The notes under the pieces are model-generated. The model had not been told where the DNA came from, ran no database searches, and worked only from the letters and a program-made list of their open reading frames with translations. From assembly GCA_049318665.1 (NCBI GenBank), contig JBMOFX010000001.1:1-38953 (forward strand): a stretch of DNA of 38,953 bases. The letters are read 5' to 3'. This DNA is from Ilumatobacteraceae bacterium (GTDB taxonomy: Bacteria > Actinomycetota > Acidimicrobiia > Acidimicrobiales > Ilumatobacteraceae). The position numbers and the translations under genes were made by a program. Positions 1 through 9,462 of this stretch are shown piece after piece; position 1 is the first letter of the stretch; each line of letters starts with the position of its first letter.

Positions 1-1144
1 ACTTGTCGTGCTGCTTGTAGTAGTCGGCGAACACGCTCGGGCTCTTCACGAACAGTTCGCCCGTGTGCTCCGGTCCGGTGCCGATGACCTCGTTGCCGTC
101 GTCGTCGAACAGCTTCACCTCCACCATCGGCGCCGGCTGACCGCACGAACCGGGCTTGCGGAGTTGATCTTCAGGCCGGAGGATGCAGTTCACACCCAAC
201 TCGGTCGAGCCGTACACCTCGAACAGCGAGTCCGCCGGGAAGTACGCGAGGTACATCTGCTTGAGCGCAAAGCTCCACGGCGCGGCGTTGGCGATCATCC
301 GCTTCATCGAGCTCACGTCGTAGCGGGCCTTCACGTCGTCGGGCAGGTTGCACACCATGCGGATCGGCGTGGGCGCACTGAACGTCGACGTCACCCGATA
401 CGTCTCCACGAGGCGGAGCCAGTCCTCCGGGTTGAACTTGCGCTGCAGCACCGTGGTCTGCCCGAGCGCCTGGGCGATGCCCAGGAACCCGCCAGGCCCG
501 GAGTGGTAGAGCGGACCGGTCGGGATGTACACGTCGTCCGGCGTGTAGCCGATGAACCCCATCATCGCCGCCGCCTGTGCGGCGCCGGCGTTGCCGCGGC
601 GGAGCGCACCCTTCGGCTTGCCGGTGGTGCCGCTCGTGTAGATCATCGTCGACCCGGGCTCCACACCATCGGGCACGGCGGGCGGCTCAGGTGACGCCGC
701 CGCGATGTGCGCGTCGACGTCGATCATGCCTTCCGGCACCACGCCGTCGAACACCAGGTACTGCTGTACCTGGGGCAACTCGCCGCGGATGCGTTCGAAC
801 ATCGGTGCGAATTCGGCGTCGACGTAGACGATCGTCGCGTCACTGTGGTCGGTGACGTACGCGGCCTCGTCGTCGCTGAGGCGGTAGTTGAGTGGCACGG
901 CGGTGACGCCGAGCTTGCGTGCCGCATTGATCATCAGCACGAGCCCGATCGAGTTCTGCCCGCACCACACGACCTTCGACTCACCGGGCCGCACACCCAG
1001 GTCGAGCAACACGTGTGCGAGCCGGTTCGACTGTGCCTCGAGCTCACCGAAGGTGAGTCGTCGGAGCGTTCCGTCCGGCCGGTCGTCGACCACCGCCAGC
1101 TTGTCGGTCTGCGTCTGCGCGTACGTGCTCAGGAAGTCCCCCAT
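1..1144 (-). CDS. AMP-dependent acyl-CoA synthetase/ligase (3' end runs off the window)
   Basis: Absent from the ORF track because there is no stop inside the window. The reverse frame is open from ATG 1144-1142 to base 1. My translation starts MGDFLSTYAQTQTDKLAVVDD and contains the AMP-binding P-loop MIYTSGTTGKPKGAL (encoded 646-602). Near the edge it reads ELFVKSPSVFADYYKQHDK. Confidence 0.85.
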   Translation of the reverse strand, partial: MGDFLSTYAQTQTDKLAVVDDRPDGTLRRLTFGELEAQSNRLAHVLLDLGVRPGESKVVWCGQNSIGLVLMINAARKLGVTAVPLNYRLSDDEAAYVTDHSDATIVYVDAEFAPMFERIRGELPQVQQYLVFDGVVPEGMIDVDAHIAAASPEPPAVPDGVEPGSTMIYTSGTTGKPKGALRRGNAGAAQAAAMMGFIGYTPDDVYIPTGPLYHSGPGGFLGIAQALGQTTVLQRKFNPEDWLRLVETYRVTSTFSAPTPIRMVCNLPDDVKARYDVSSMKRMIANAAPWSFALKQMYLAYFPADSLFEVYGSTELGVNCILRPEDQLRKPGSCGQPAPMVEVKLFDDDGNEVIGTGPEHTGELFVKSPSVFADYYKQHDK

Positions 1145-1200
1145 CTGCACTTCGTAGCACCAATGCAGAACCGCCCGTGACGCAATGCCATGCTCGCGAC

Positions 1201-1662
1201 ATGGCAGCACGCATCATCAACGGCACCGCAGAGCTCAGGGCACTGATCGGCGAGCACATCGGCTACAGCGAGTGGCTCGAAGTCACCCAGGAGCGCGTCA
1301 ACCAATTCGCCGACGCGACCGGCGACCACCAGTGGATCCACGTCGATCCTGAGCGCGCCGCGAAGGAGAGTCCGTTCGGCGGACCCATCGCGCACGGCTA
1401 CCTCACCCTGTCGCTCGGCCCGGTACTTATGCCGCAGGTGCTCATCACCACCGGCTACAAGATGGGCGTGAACTACGGGTGCAACAAGGTCCGGTTCATG
1501 TCACCGGTGCCAGTCGGTGCGAAGGTGCGCCTCGGCGTCACCCTCCTTGCGGTCGAGGACATCCCCGGCGGCGCGCAGAGCACGTACTCGTTCAGCTTCG
1601 AGACCGAGGGTGCAACCAAGCCCAGCTGCGTCGCCGAGGTGATCTTCCGCAGCTACGAGTGA
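1201..1662 (+). CDS. MaoC-like (R)-specific enoyl-CoA hydratase / hot-dog dehydratase
   Basis: ORF 1177-1662; I prefer the ATG at 1201 (MAARIINGTAEL). It carries the MaoC block FADATGDHQWIHVDPERAAKESPFGGPIAHGYLTLSL. A CATGCT hexamer ends 6 nt before this ATG. Confidence 0.85.
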   Translation: MAARIINGTAELRALIGEHIGYSEWLEVTQERVNQFADATGDHQWIHVDPERAAKESPFGGPIAHGYLTLSLGPVLMPQVLITTGYKMGVNYGCNKVRFMSPVPVGAKVRLGVTLLAVEDIPGGAQSTYSFSFETEGATKPSCVAEVIFRSYE

Positions 1663-1680
1663 GTCGCGAGCGACGCCGAC

Positions 1681-2643
1681 TCAGCGGAAGTTGGGAATGA
1701 CCTCACGGGCGAAGAGCTCGAGCGTCTCGGTGCTCGGGTAGTCGGCGCACCACGGGATGAAGCCCGTGCAGCCGAGGTCGAGATAGGTCTGGATTTTCTC
1801 GGTCACCTGCTCGGGTGTGCCGACGAGGTTGTTGTCGCGCCACGTCTCGAAGGGCGCACCCCACAGGTTGCCGACGTTCGACGAGGTGATCTCGGCTTCG
1901 GTGCGACGGATGAACACCTCGGGCGACCAGGTCTTACCGATGGTCTCCTCGTCGCGGCCCACCGCCGCGCAGTGACCCTTCAGCACCTCACGCTTGTGTG
2001 CCCACTGTTCGGGGGTGCCGCCGAAGTTGCTGTAGTCGGCGTGCTTCGCGACGACCCGCAGGGTGAGCTGCTCGCCGCCGCCTCCGATCCAGATCGGGGG
2101 ATGCGGTGACTGCAGCGGCTTGGGGTCACAGTTCGCACGCGACAGCTGGTAGTAGCGGCCCTCGTACGACGTCTCCTCCTGCGTCCAGAGGCTGCGGACG
2201 ATCTCGACCGACTCGTTGAGCATGCCGATGCGATCCTTCGGCTTCGGGAAATCGAAGCCGTATCCCTTGTATTCGTTCTCGTACCAGCCGGCACCGATGC
2301 CCCAATCGAGGCGGCCACCGCTGATCACATCGACGGTGGAGGTGATCTTCGCAAGCACACTCGGCTGGCGGTAGCTGTTGCAACCAACCATCTGCCCGAG
2401 CCGCACGCGCGAGGTGCGCTGACTGATCGCGGCCATCGTGGTCCAGCACTCGAACACGGCCTCGTGCGCCGGGCGCGGGACGTTGTGGAAGTGGTCGTAG
2501 ACCCAGATCGAGTCGTAGCCGAGTTCTTCGGCGAGCACGGCGATCTCGACCGCCTTGTTCCACTTCGCCGCGGCACCATCGATGCCTGCGAGTTCCATCT
2601 TCCAACCCTGTGGCATGAATGCACCGAAGATCATGTTGCTCAT
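1681..2643 (-). CDS. LLM-class F420-dependent oxidoreductase (Rv1855c-like luciferase-like monooxygenase family)
   Basis: Lies in ORF 1681-2931. The family-typical N-terminus MSNMIFGAFMPQGWKMEL starts at ATG 2643. Conserved LLM blocks include YDSIWVYDHF, GRLDWGIGAGW and PPIWIGGGGEQ. The upstream 96 codons are Arg/Gly-rich and overlap the divergent gene. Confidence 0.85.
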   Translation of the reverse strand: MSNMIFGAFMPQGWKMELAGIDGAAAKWNKAVEIAVLAEELGYDSIWVYDHFHNVPRPAHEAVFECWTTMAAISQRTSRVRLGQMVGCNSYRQPSVLAKITSTVDVISGGRLDWGIGAGWYENEYKGYGFDFPKPKDRIGMLNESVEIVRSLWTQEETSYEGRYYQLSRANCDPKPLQSPHPPIWIGGGGEQLTLRVVAKHADYSNFGGTPEQWAHKREVLKGHCAAVGRDEETIGKTWSPEVFIRRTEAEITSSNVGNLWGAPFETWRDNNLVGTPEQVTEKIQTYLDLGCTGFIPWCADYPSTETLELFAREVIPNFR

Positions 2644-2727
2644 GCGGCGGACGCTACCGCCACCACTCGAGCCATCGAGGGTCCGACCGATTCGATCCGT
2701 TCGGACGGTCTTGTTTACGGTCACGCG

Positions 2728-4338
2728 ATGCAGTTCGCAGTCGCCGACATCCACGAGGCCATCGCCGCCACGCGACCCGACGACGAGTGCCTCGTCTTCC
2801 GTCAGCACCGCCTCACCTGGGCGCAGGTGACCGAGCGGACGAGGCGGCTCGCCAATCACCTGCACAGCGCCGGACTCGGCGTGCGCGTCGAGCGCGAGCA
2901 TCTCGCCGGTCACGAGAGCGGGCAGTCGCACCTCGCCGTCTACCTACACAACGGCAACGAGTACCTCGAGGCAATGCTCGGCTCGTTCAAGGCGCGGGTT
3001 GCGCCGTTCAACGTGAACTATCGGTACGTCGCTGAAGAACTTCGTTACCTCCTCAACGACTCACAGGCTGAAGCGGTGGTGGTGCACAGTCAGTTCGCCC
3101 CCACGCTCGCCGAGGTGCTGCCCGACCTGCCGAACCTGCGGGTGATCCTGCAGGTGCCCGACGAGTCGGGCAACGAGCTGCTCCCGGGCGCGGTCTGGTA
3201 CGAGGACGCACTCGCTGCCGCGTCGGCCGAGCGGCCACCCGTGACGCCGAGCCCCGACGACCTGTACATCCTCTACACCGGCGGCACCACTGGGATGCCG
3301 AAGGGTGTGCTGTGGCGCAACGGCGACGCGAACATCGAGTGCTTCGGCGGCTCCCGCGCCGAGACGGTCGACGGCGTGCTCGCCGAGGCAACCGGCGGGC
3401 TACGTGCACTGCTCGCTCCCCCGTTCATGCACGGCGCGGGCCACTGGATGAGCTTCCGTACGTGGAACTCTGGCGGGTCGGTCTTCGTCCAATCCGTCCC
3501 CGAACGTCTCGACCCCGTCGACGTGTGGGGTCTGATCGAACGAGAGCAGCTCAACTTCCTGCTGATCGTCGGCGATGCCTTCGCCCGCCCACTGCTCGAC
3601 GAGCTCGCTCGCGGGGCCTACGACCTGTCGTCGCTGACGGTGTTGTTGTCGGGTGGTGCCCCGCTGTCGGCTCACCTCAAGGACGAGTTCCTGCAACACC
3701 TGCCCACGCTGATGATCGTCGACGGACTCGGCTCGTCGGAGGCGGGGGGCCAGCTGTCGCACGTGTCGGCCGGCGGTGGCTCCACCACCGGCACCTTCGC
3801 CATCGCGCCGGGCAACCACGTGCTCTCGGCCGACCTCGATCGCGAGCTGCAGCCCGGTGACGACGAGCTCGGCTGGCTGGCGAAGAGCGGCAATCTCGCA
3901 CTCGGCTACCTGGGCGACCCCGACAAGACGGCGCGCACCTACCCGGTCATCGACGGACAGCGCTATGCCGTTCCCGGTGACCGTGCACGGCTACGTGCCG
4001 ACGGCGACATCGAGCTCCACGGTCGCGACTCGGTGACGATCAACTCCGGTGGCGAGAAGATCTTCGCCGAGGAGGTCGAGGCGGCCATCAAGCGACACCC
4101 TGCGGTGTACGACTGCGTGGTGGCCGGCAGGCCGAGCCCGCGCTGGGGCAACGAGGTGGTCGCGATCGTCCGGCTGCGTGACGGTGTCGCCGCCGACGAG
4201 GCGGCGCTGCTCGCTGAGGCCGAGCAACACATCGCTCGCTACAAGTTGCCGAAGGCGTTCGTGTTCGTGCCCGTCATCCAGCGCTCCCCGTCGGGCAAGG
4301 CCGACTACCGCTGGGCGAAGGAGCAGGCAACCGCCTGA
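2728..4338 (+). CDS. acyl-CoA synthetase (AMP-binding, FadD-like)
   Basis: Lies in ORF 2464-4338; the likely start is ATG 2728 (MQFAVADIHEAI). It has the P-loop YTGGTTGMPKGVLW and the C-terminal block GDRARLRADGDIELHGRDSVTINSGGEKIF. A TACGGT hexamer ends 6 nt before the ATG. Confidence 0.9.
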   Translation: MQFAVADIHEAIAATRPDDECLVFRQHRLTWAQVTERTRRLANHLHSAGLGVRVEREHLAGHESGQSHLAVYLHNGNEYLEAMLGSFKARVAPFNVNYRYVAEELRYLLNDSQAEAVVVHSQFAPTLAEVLPDLPNLRVILQVPDESGNELLPGAVWYEDALAAASAERPPVTPSPDDLYILYTGGTTGMPKGVLWRNGDANIECFGGSRAETVDGVLAEATGGLRALLAPPFMHGAGHWMSFRTWNSGGSVFVQSVPERLDPVDVWGLIEREQLNFLLIVGDAFARPLLDELARGAYDLSSLTVLLSGGAPLSAHLKDEFLQHLPTLMIVDGLGSSEAGGQLSHVSAGGGSTTGTFAIAPGNHVLSADLDRELQPGDDELGWLAKSGNLALGYLGDPDKTARTYPVIDGQRYAVPGDRARLRADGDIELHGRDSVTINSGGEKIFAEEVEAAIKRHPAVYDCVVAGRPSPRWGNEVVAIVRLRDGVAADEAALLAEAEQHIARYKLPKAFVFVPVIQRSPSGKADYRWAKEQATA

Positions 4339-4362
4339 CCTCCGTCGGCCCCGTCCGAAGGA

Positions 4363-4388
4363 TCAGTGGCGAGGGTCAGTGGCGGGGG
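4363..4388. repeat. 13-bp tandem duplication at the amidase 3' end
   Basis: TCAGTGGCGAGGG and TCAGTGGCGGGGG match at 12 of 13 positions. The second unit contains the amidase stop codon. Confidence 0.7.
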
Positions 4389-5794
4389 TCGATCGGCGTG
4401 AGCGTGCCGAGTGCGTCTTCGAGCAGCTGGGCCGCATGGAGGGCGACGAGATCGCCGAAGCGACGGGCAATGAACTGGGCACCGACCGGCATGCCGTCGG
4501 CGAGCCCGGCCGGCGCGATGGCCGCGGGCAGGCCGAGCAGGTTCGCGGGCAGCACCGGGCGCATCGTGTCGATCGTCGCGAGACCTCCCTCGAGTGATGC
4601 GACGTCGGCACCGTGCGCGAAGGCCTGATGCGCCCAGGTCGGCGTGAGCAGCACGTCGAAGCCACCGGCGGCCGGGAAGAGGAACCGGTGGAACACCTTC
4701 TCGACCGCAAGCCGTTCGATCAGGCCCGCCGAGAACTCGGCCAACGACAGCGCCGGCGTGACCTCCTCGGCGTAGCGGATGAACGTCAGCGCATCGGGGC
4801 CGAGCACCTGCTCGAGCAACGGGAGTTGCTCGCGGACGTCGACGTTGATGAGGTTGCGCCACAGGTCGAGCGCCCGCTCGTACGACTCAGGCACCGCGTC
4901 GACCACGTCGCAGCCGGCGTCTGCGAGGGCATCGGCCGCATGCCGGATCGCGTGGACGATGCCAGCGTCGGTGGTGCCACCGGGAGGGTCTGCGCACACT
5001 GCGACGCGGAACGGACGGTCCGTCGCGGCCTCCTCGAACGGCACGAGGAGTGCGAGCGGGTCACGCACGTGCGGACCCGCTACCGCAAGCAGGCCGGCCC
5101 GCACGTCGGCGACGCGGCGCGCCATCACACCCTCCACCGCCATGAGCTGGAACATCAGCGACGGATCGGGAGGCGGCACCTCGGATGCAGCGGGGATCAC
5201 GCCGGTCGACGGCTTGATCGACGCGATGCCGCAGCAGTGCGCAGGGTTGCGCAGGGAGCCACCGACGTCGTTGCCGAGCCCGATCGGGCTCATCCCTGAC
5301 GCGAGCGCGGAACCCTCACCACCACTCGATCCGCCTGCGGTGAGCAATGGGTTCCACGGGTTCTTGGTGATGCCGTGCAACGTCGATTCGGTGGCAACGC
5401 GCAAGCCGAGATCGGGCAGGTTGGTGCGACCGATCGGGATCGCACCGGCGGCGCGCATCCGCTCGACCGCAGGCGCATCGGTGCCGACGAATGCATCGGC
5501 GAACACGACGAGCGAACTGGTCGTCGGTGTCCCTGCGAGGTCGATGTTCTCCTTCACGGTCATCGGCACACCGTGGAACAGGCCCAGCGGGTCACCGGCA
5601 GCGACGGCTCGGTCGGCGGTCTCGGCCGCGGCCAGCGCCTCGACGTCGAGACGACGAACGATGGCGTTGAGGGCCGGGTTGACCTCGTCGATGCGTTGCA
5701 GGTGCGCGCTCACCACCTCGACGCTCGACACCTCCCGGGCGGCGATCATTCCCGCCAGTTCGAGTGCCCCACGTCTCCACAGTTCATCGCCCAT
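4376..5794 (-). CDS. amidase-signature family amidase
   Basis: Lies in ORF 4376-5914; the likely start is ATG 5794 (MGDELWRRGALELA). It has the amidase signature GGSSGGEGSALASGMSPIGLGNDVGGSLRNPA and an upstream VKENIDLAGTPTT block. Confidence 0.9.
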   Translation of the reverse strand: MGDELWRRGALELAGMIAAREVSSVEVVSAHLQRIDEVNPALNAIVRRLDVEALAAAETADRAVAAGDPLGLFHGVPMTVKENIDLAGTPTTSSLVVFADAFVGTDAPAVERMRAAGAIPIGRTNLPDLGLRVATESTLHGITKNPWNPLLTAGGSSGGEGSALASGMSPIGLGNDVGGSLRNPAHCCGIASIKPSTGVIPAASEVPPPDPSLMFQLMAVEGVMARRVADVRAGLLAVAGPHVRDPLALLVPFEEAATDRPFRVAVCADPPGGTTDAGIVHAIRHAADALADAGCDVVDAVPESYERALDLWRNLINVDVREQLPLLEQVLGPDALTFIRYAEEVTPALSLAEFSAGLIERLAVEKVFHRFLFPAAGGFDVLLTPTWAHQAFAHGADVASLEGGLATIDTMRPVLPANLLGLPAAIAPAGLADGMPVGAQFIARRFGDLVALHAAQLLEDALGTLTPIDPRH

Positions 5795-5834
5795 TCGGCG
5801 ATGTTGGCACACGCGTGGCTCGTAGCCTCGCGTT

Positions 5835-6539
5835 GTGAGCGAACGATCGTGGGACAGCGAGGCCCTCCCGCAGGGCGAGGCAAAAGTGGCAGCCGTCCGT
5901 GAGATGTTCGACACGATCGCCCCGCGCTACGACATGGTCAATCGGATCATGACGTTCCGACTCGACGTGCGCTGGCGCCGACGAGCCGTCCGCGACCTTG
6001 CGCTCGCGCCGGGCAGCACGGTGCTCGACCTCGCCAGTGGCACCGGCGACCTGTGCATCGACCTCGCCGCCGCAGGTCTCGTCCCGCTGTCGATGGATCT
6101 CAGCTTCGGCATGCTCGCGGCCGACCGCAGCGGGGCGCCGCGGGCCCAGACCGACATCCTTCGCCTGCCCGTGCCCGACGGCGCGGTCGACGGTGTCACG
6201 TGCGGCTTCGCGCTCCGCAACCTGCTCGACCTCCCGACGTTCTTCGCCGAACTTGCCCGCGTGGTCCGCCCGGGCGGCCGGATCGCCTTGCTCGACGTGG
6301 GCGTGCCGCACAACTCGTTGATCCGTTGGGGCAACGGCATCTACTTCGGCAAGGTGGTGCCGAAGATCGGGGCGCTGCTCAGCGACGGCCCCGCCTACGC
6401 GTACCTCCCGAAGAGCGTCGCCTACCTCCCCTCGCGTGAGCAGCTGGTCGCCGACCTGCGCGTCGCCGGGTTCGGTAACGCCACGCATCATCAGCTGAGC
6501 GGCGGGCTCACGCAGCTGATGGTCGGCACCCGAGACTGA
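5835..6539 (+). CDS. menG: demethylmenaquinone methyltransferase (UbiE/MenG class SAM-MTase)
   Basis: GTG start at 5835. It has the UbiE-type N-terminus VREMFDTIAPRYDMVNRIMTFRLDVRWRR and the SAM motif VLDLASGTGD. It sits directly upstream of menF in a men cluster. Confidence 0.85.
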   Translation: MSERSWDSEALPQGEAKVAAVREMFDTIAPRYDMVNRIMTFRLDVRWRRRAVRDLALAPGSTVLDLASGTGDLCIDLAAAGLVPLSMDLSFGMLAADRSGAPRAQTDILRLPVPDGAVDGVTCGFALRNLLDLPTFFAELARVVRPGGRIALLDVGVPHNSLIRWGNGIYFGKVVPKIGALLSDGPAYAYLPKSVAYLPSREQLVADLRVAGFGNATHHQLSGGLTQLMVGTRD

Positions 6540-6540
6540 G

Positions 6541-7731
6541 GTGTCGATGCGCGCCGTCACCGCTCCCCTCGACGTAGCCGTCGACCTCAACGACGTCGCA
6601 GCCGGTGACGGGATGCTGTTCGTGCGCGACGGCGTCGGCGTCGCGGGGCGCGGCGTCGCCGCACGGATTCCCGCCGACGATGCCACGGCACTGCTGGCCT
6701 CGATCGAGCACGACGATCGGGTGGGCGGCAGATCGCCGATCGGCCTCGGATGGGTGCCGTTCACACCAGGCGGCGCCGGCGAGGTCGTGGTACCGGCGCT
6801 GCTCGTCGGCAAGGCCGCCGACGGGACGAACTGGATCACGCGTATCGACGGTGGCCTCGAGTCGCCGCCCGAGTTGCGCGCGGCCAGCCGGCCGAGCGCT
6901 CGTGCCCAGGCGTTCACGGTGCGGCCGCGCACACCGATCGATCGATATCTCGCTGCGGTCGTGGCCGCTCGCGACGCAGTACGCGACGGCACGCTCACCA
7001 AGGCGGTCATCGCCCGCGAGGTCGAGGTGAGCAGCGACGAACCGATCGACGTGCACGCGGTGCTGCTGCGGTTGCGCGCGTCGTTCGGATCGAGTCACCG
7101 CTACTCGATCGATGGTCTGATCGGCGCGTCGCCCGAACTGCTCGTCGCAGTCGACGGCCCAACGGTTCGATCGCACCCCCTCGCCGGTACCGCGCCGAGA
7201 ACCGGCGATCCCGATACCGACGCAGCCATCGCCGCTGCGCTCATCGCCAGCACGAAGAACCAGGTCGAGCACCGCGTCGTGATCGACATGATCCACGACA
7301 CCCTGCTGCCGTGGTGCAGCTACCTCGACTGGGAACCCGAACCCTCGATCATCACTGTCGCCAACGTCCAGCACCTCGGCACTGCGATGGAAGGTCACTT
7401 GTCCGATCCGCGACCGGACGTGATGGCACTCGTGCGGGCGCTCTGCCCGACCCCGGCCCTCGGCGGCTCCCCGCGCGACGCGGCACTCGAACTCATCCGC
7501 GACGCGGAGCAGTTCGAGCGGGGCCGCTACGGCGGTGCGGTCGGATGGCTCGATGCGAACGGCAACGGCACGTGGGCGGTCACCATCCGATGTGCCGAGC
7601 TGAGCGACGATCGGCGTTCAGCGCGTCTCGTCGCAGGCGGCGGCATCGTGGCGGCGAGCGACCCACTGGACGAGTTGGCCGAGACGCAGGCCAAGTTGCA
7701 GGCGATGCTGTCGGCGATCGTCCGCCCGTGA
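6541..7731 (+). CDS. menF: isochorismate synthase
   Basis: Chorismate-binding enzyme blocks are present: GASPELLV, HPLAGTAPR, PTPALGGSP, RGRYGGAVGW and IRCAEL. The start is 1 nt after the menG stop (GTG 6541 or ATG 6547). The men context argues for MenF rather than TrpE/PabB. Confidence 0.8.
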   Translation: MSMRAVTAPLDVAVDLNDVAAGDGMLFVRDGVGVAGRGVAARIPADDATALLASIEHDDRVGGRSPIGLGWVPFTPGGAGEVVVPALLVGKAADGTNWITRIDGGLESPPELRAASRPSARAQAFTVRPRTPIDRYLAAVVAARDAVRDGTLTKAVIAREVEVSSDEPIDVHAVLLRLRASFGSSHRYSIDGLIGASPELLVAVDGPTVRSHPLAGTAPRTGDPDTDAAIAAALIASTKNQVEHRVVIDMIHDTLLPWCSYLDWEPEPSIITVANVQHLGTAMEGHLSDPRPDVMALVRALCPTPALGGSPRDAALELIRDAEQFERGRYGGAVGWLDANGNGTWAVTIRCAELSDDRRSARLVAGGGIVAASDPLDELAETQAKLQAMLSAIVRP

Positions 7732-7736
7732 ACTGT

Positions 7737-9431
7737 TCAGCGAGCGCTGACTGCTTCGACAGCAACCACGATCGCGCTCTGGAGCGCAGCGTGTCGCTCC
7801 ACGTTCGCAGCACGATCGCTCGCGACCCTCACCAACACCGAGTGATCATGAGCGAGTGCGGCATCGAGCTCGGATCGTGTGGTGACGTCGACCGCCGGGA
7901 GGCCGTGCGCCCTCGCGAGCGCAACGAGATCGGTGCCGTGCGGCGTACCGAAGAGCTGTTCGAAGCGGGCACCGTCGAGACCCGTCGCCTGCGGCAGGAA
8001 CGAGAAGATCCCGCCACCGTCGTTGTCGACCACCACGATGCGGGCCACGACATCGCGTCGCGCCAGCGCCGTGAGCGACGACGAGTCGTGCAGCAGAGCG
8101 ACATCGCCGAGCAGCACCGTCACCGGCTCGCCGGTCGCAACAGCGACCCCGACGGCGGTGGCGATCGTGCCGTCGATGCCGTTGGCACCGCGGTTCGACC
8201 AGACGCTCGCAGTTGGCTCGGCAACACCGAACCACTCCACGTCACGAATCGGCATCGATGAGGCAACGACGACCTGACCGGACACACGACTGACGCAACG
8301 GGCCACCGCTGGCTCGTCGAGCGGGCCATCGTCGAGCTGCGCAGCGATCGCGGACTCGGCAGCCACGCTCGCGTCGCGCCAGCCAGCGAACCACGCTGCA
8401 TCGATCGGCGTGCTCCATTGGGCCGCGAGCGCGTGGCACACCGATGACACCGCAGCAGTGATTCGGTGCGACACCCGATGCGCCGGATCGATCACGCCGA
8501 CCCGCGGCGACACACGCACCTGCACGGCCTCGAGTGACGCGAGCCACTGCGCGGCAACCTTCGAGGCAGGCGGCTCGCCGAGGTGCAACACCACATCGGG
8601 CCGATGGTCACGAGCGAACCCTTCGTGGCGGAGCACACCGTCGAACGCCGACACCGCATGCGTTGTGCCACGGCACCCGGATCGCGGATCGGCGAGCACG
8701 GGCCAGCCGGTGGCGGCGGCGAGCGCCTCAACGGCGGCTGGATCATCCACACCACGGCCGGCAACGATCACGCCGCGTGCGTGCTCGACGATCGACAACC
8801 GAGCAAGGTCGGGTGCCGCAGGTACGAGGGAACCTTCGTACGGGCCGAGATGCGCGGCGGGCAACTCATACGCGTCGGCCACCAATGGCTCCCGGAACGG
8901 CAGGTTGAGGTGCACCGGTCCGGCGGCGGGTCCGAGCGTCGAGTCGAGCGCATGCCGAGCGAGCGATCGCCAGGTGTGGGCCGCCTCCATCGAGGCGACA
9001 CCCGGGTCGTGGAACCAACGCACAGCGTCGCCGTAGAGCTTCGTTTGGTCGATCGTCTGGGGCGCACCGACGTCGCGCAGTTCGGGCGGGCGATCAGCGG
9101 TGAGCACCAGCAGCGGAACACCGGACAGGTGCGCTTCGGCCACTGCTGCATGGAAGTGCGTGGCCGCCGTGCCCGAGGTGCACAGCACGATCGAGGGCAT
9201 GCCACTGGCCGTGCTGGAACCCAACGCGATGAACGAGGCCGTTCGCTCGTCGTGGGCCACCTCGATGCGAAGCTCGGGGCGGGCCGCGATCGCCAACGCC
9301 ATCGGGGTGCTGCGCGAACCGGGCGCGATGACCGCATGGCGTACGCCGTCGCGGATCCACTGGTCGACCAACGTCGCACAGAACGTCGCCTGGGCCCTCG
9401 GAGTGTCCGGCGCAACGATCTCGGTGGGCAC
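7737..9431 (-). CDS. menD: 2-succinyl-5-enolpyruvyl-6-hydroxy-3-cyclohexene-1-carboxylate (SEPHCHC) synthase, ThDP-dependent
   Basis: 564 aa with a GTG start at 9431. The N-terminus FCATLVDQWIRDGVRHAVIAPGSRSTPMA is MenD-like. The ThDP motif reads LLGDVALLHDSSSL...VVVDNDGGGIFSFL. Confidence 0.9.
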   Translation of the reverse strand: MPTEIVAPDTPRAQATFCATLVDQWIRDGVRHAVIAPGSRSTPMALAIAARPELRIEVAHDERTASFIALGSSTASGMPSIVLCTSGTAATHFHAAVAEAHLSGVPLLVLTADRPPELRDVGAPQTIDQTKLYGDAVRWFHDPGVASMEAAHTWRSLARHALDSTLGPAAGPVHLNLPFREPLVADAYELPAAHLGPYEGSLVPAAPDLARLSIVEHARGVIVAGRGVDDPAAVEALAAATGWPVLADPRSGCRGTTHAVSAFDGVLRHEGFARDHRPDVVLHLGEPPASKVAAQWLASLEAVQVRVSPRVGVIDPAHRVSHRITAAVSSVCHALAAQWSTPIDAAWFAGWRDASVAAESAIAAQLDDGPLDEPAVARCVSRVSGQVVVASSMPIRDVEWFGVAEPTASVWSNRGANGIDGTIATAVGVAVATGEPVTVLLGDVALLHDSSSLTALARRDVVARIVVVDNDGGGIFSFLPQATGLDGARFEQLFGTPHGTDLVALARAHGLPAVDVTTRSELDAALAHDHSVLVRVASDRAANVERHAALQSAIVVAVEAVSAR

Positions 9432-9462
9432 CCGAGGAACGATACGGCCCTATCGTGTGGAC
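9432..9462. promoter_or_regulatory. 31-bp divergent menD / dsbA-like control region with inverted TATCGT boxes
   Basis: The region contains ACGATA (9439-9444), cggccc, then TATCGT (9451-9456). Each hexamer reads TATCGT toward its own gene and ends 6-7 nt before that gene's start codon (GTG 9431, ATG 9463). This fits -10 boxes of leaderless transcripts. Confidence 0.45.

Noticed and set aside
5784-8261. Long alternative-frame ORFs over menG/menF/menD (5784-7010 minus, 6508-7398 minus, 6750-8261 plus)
   Set aside because: Their composition is typical of off-frame GC-rich translation (poly-Arg, Pro, Ala). The men gene frames explain the region completely.
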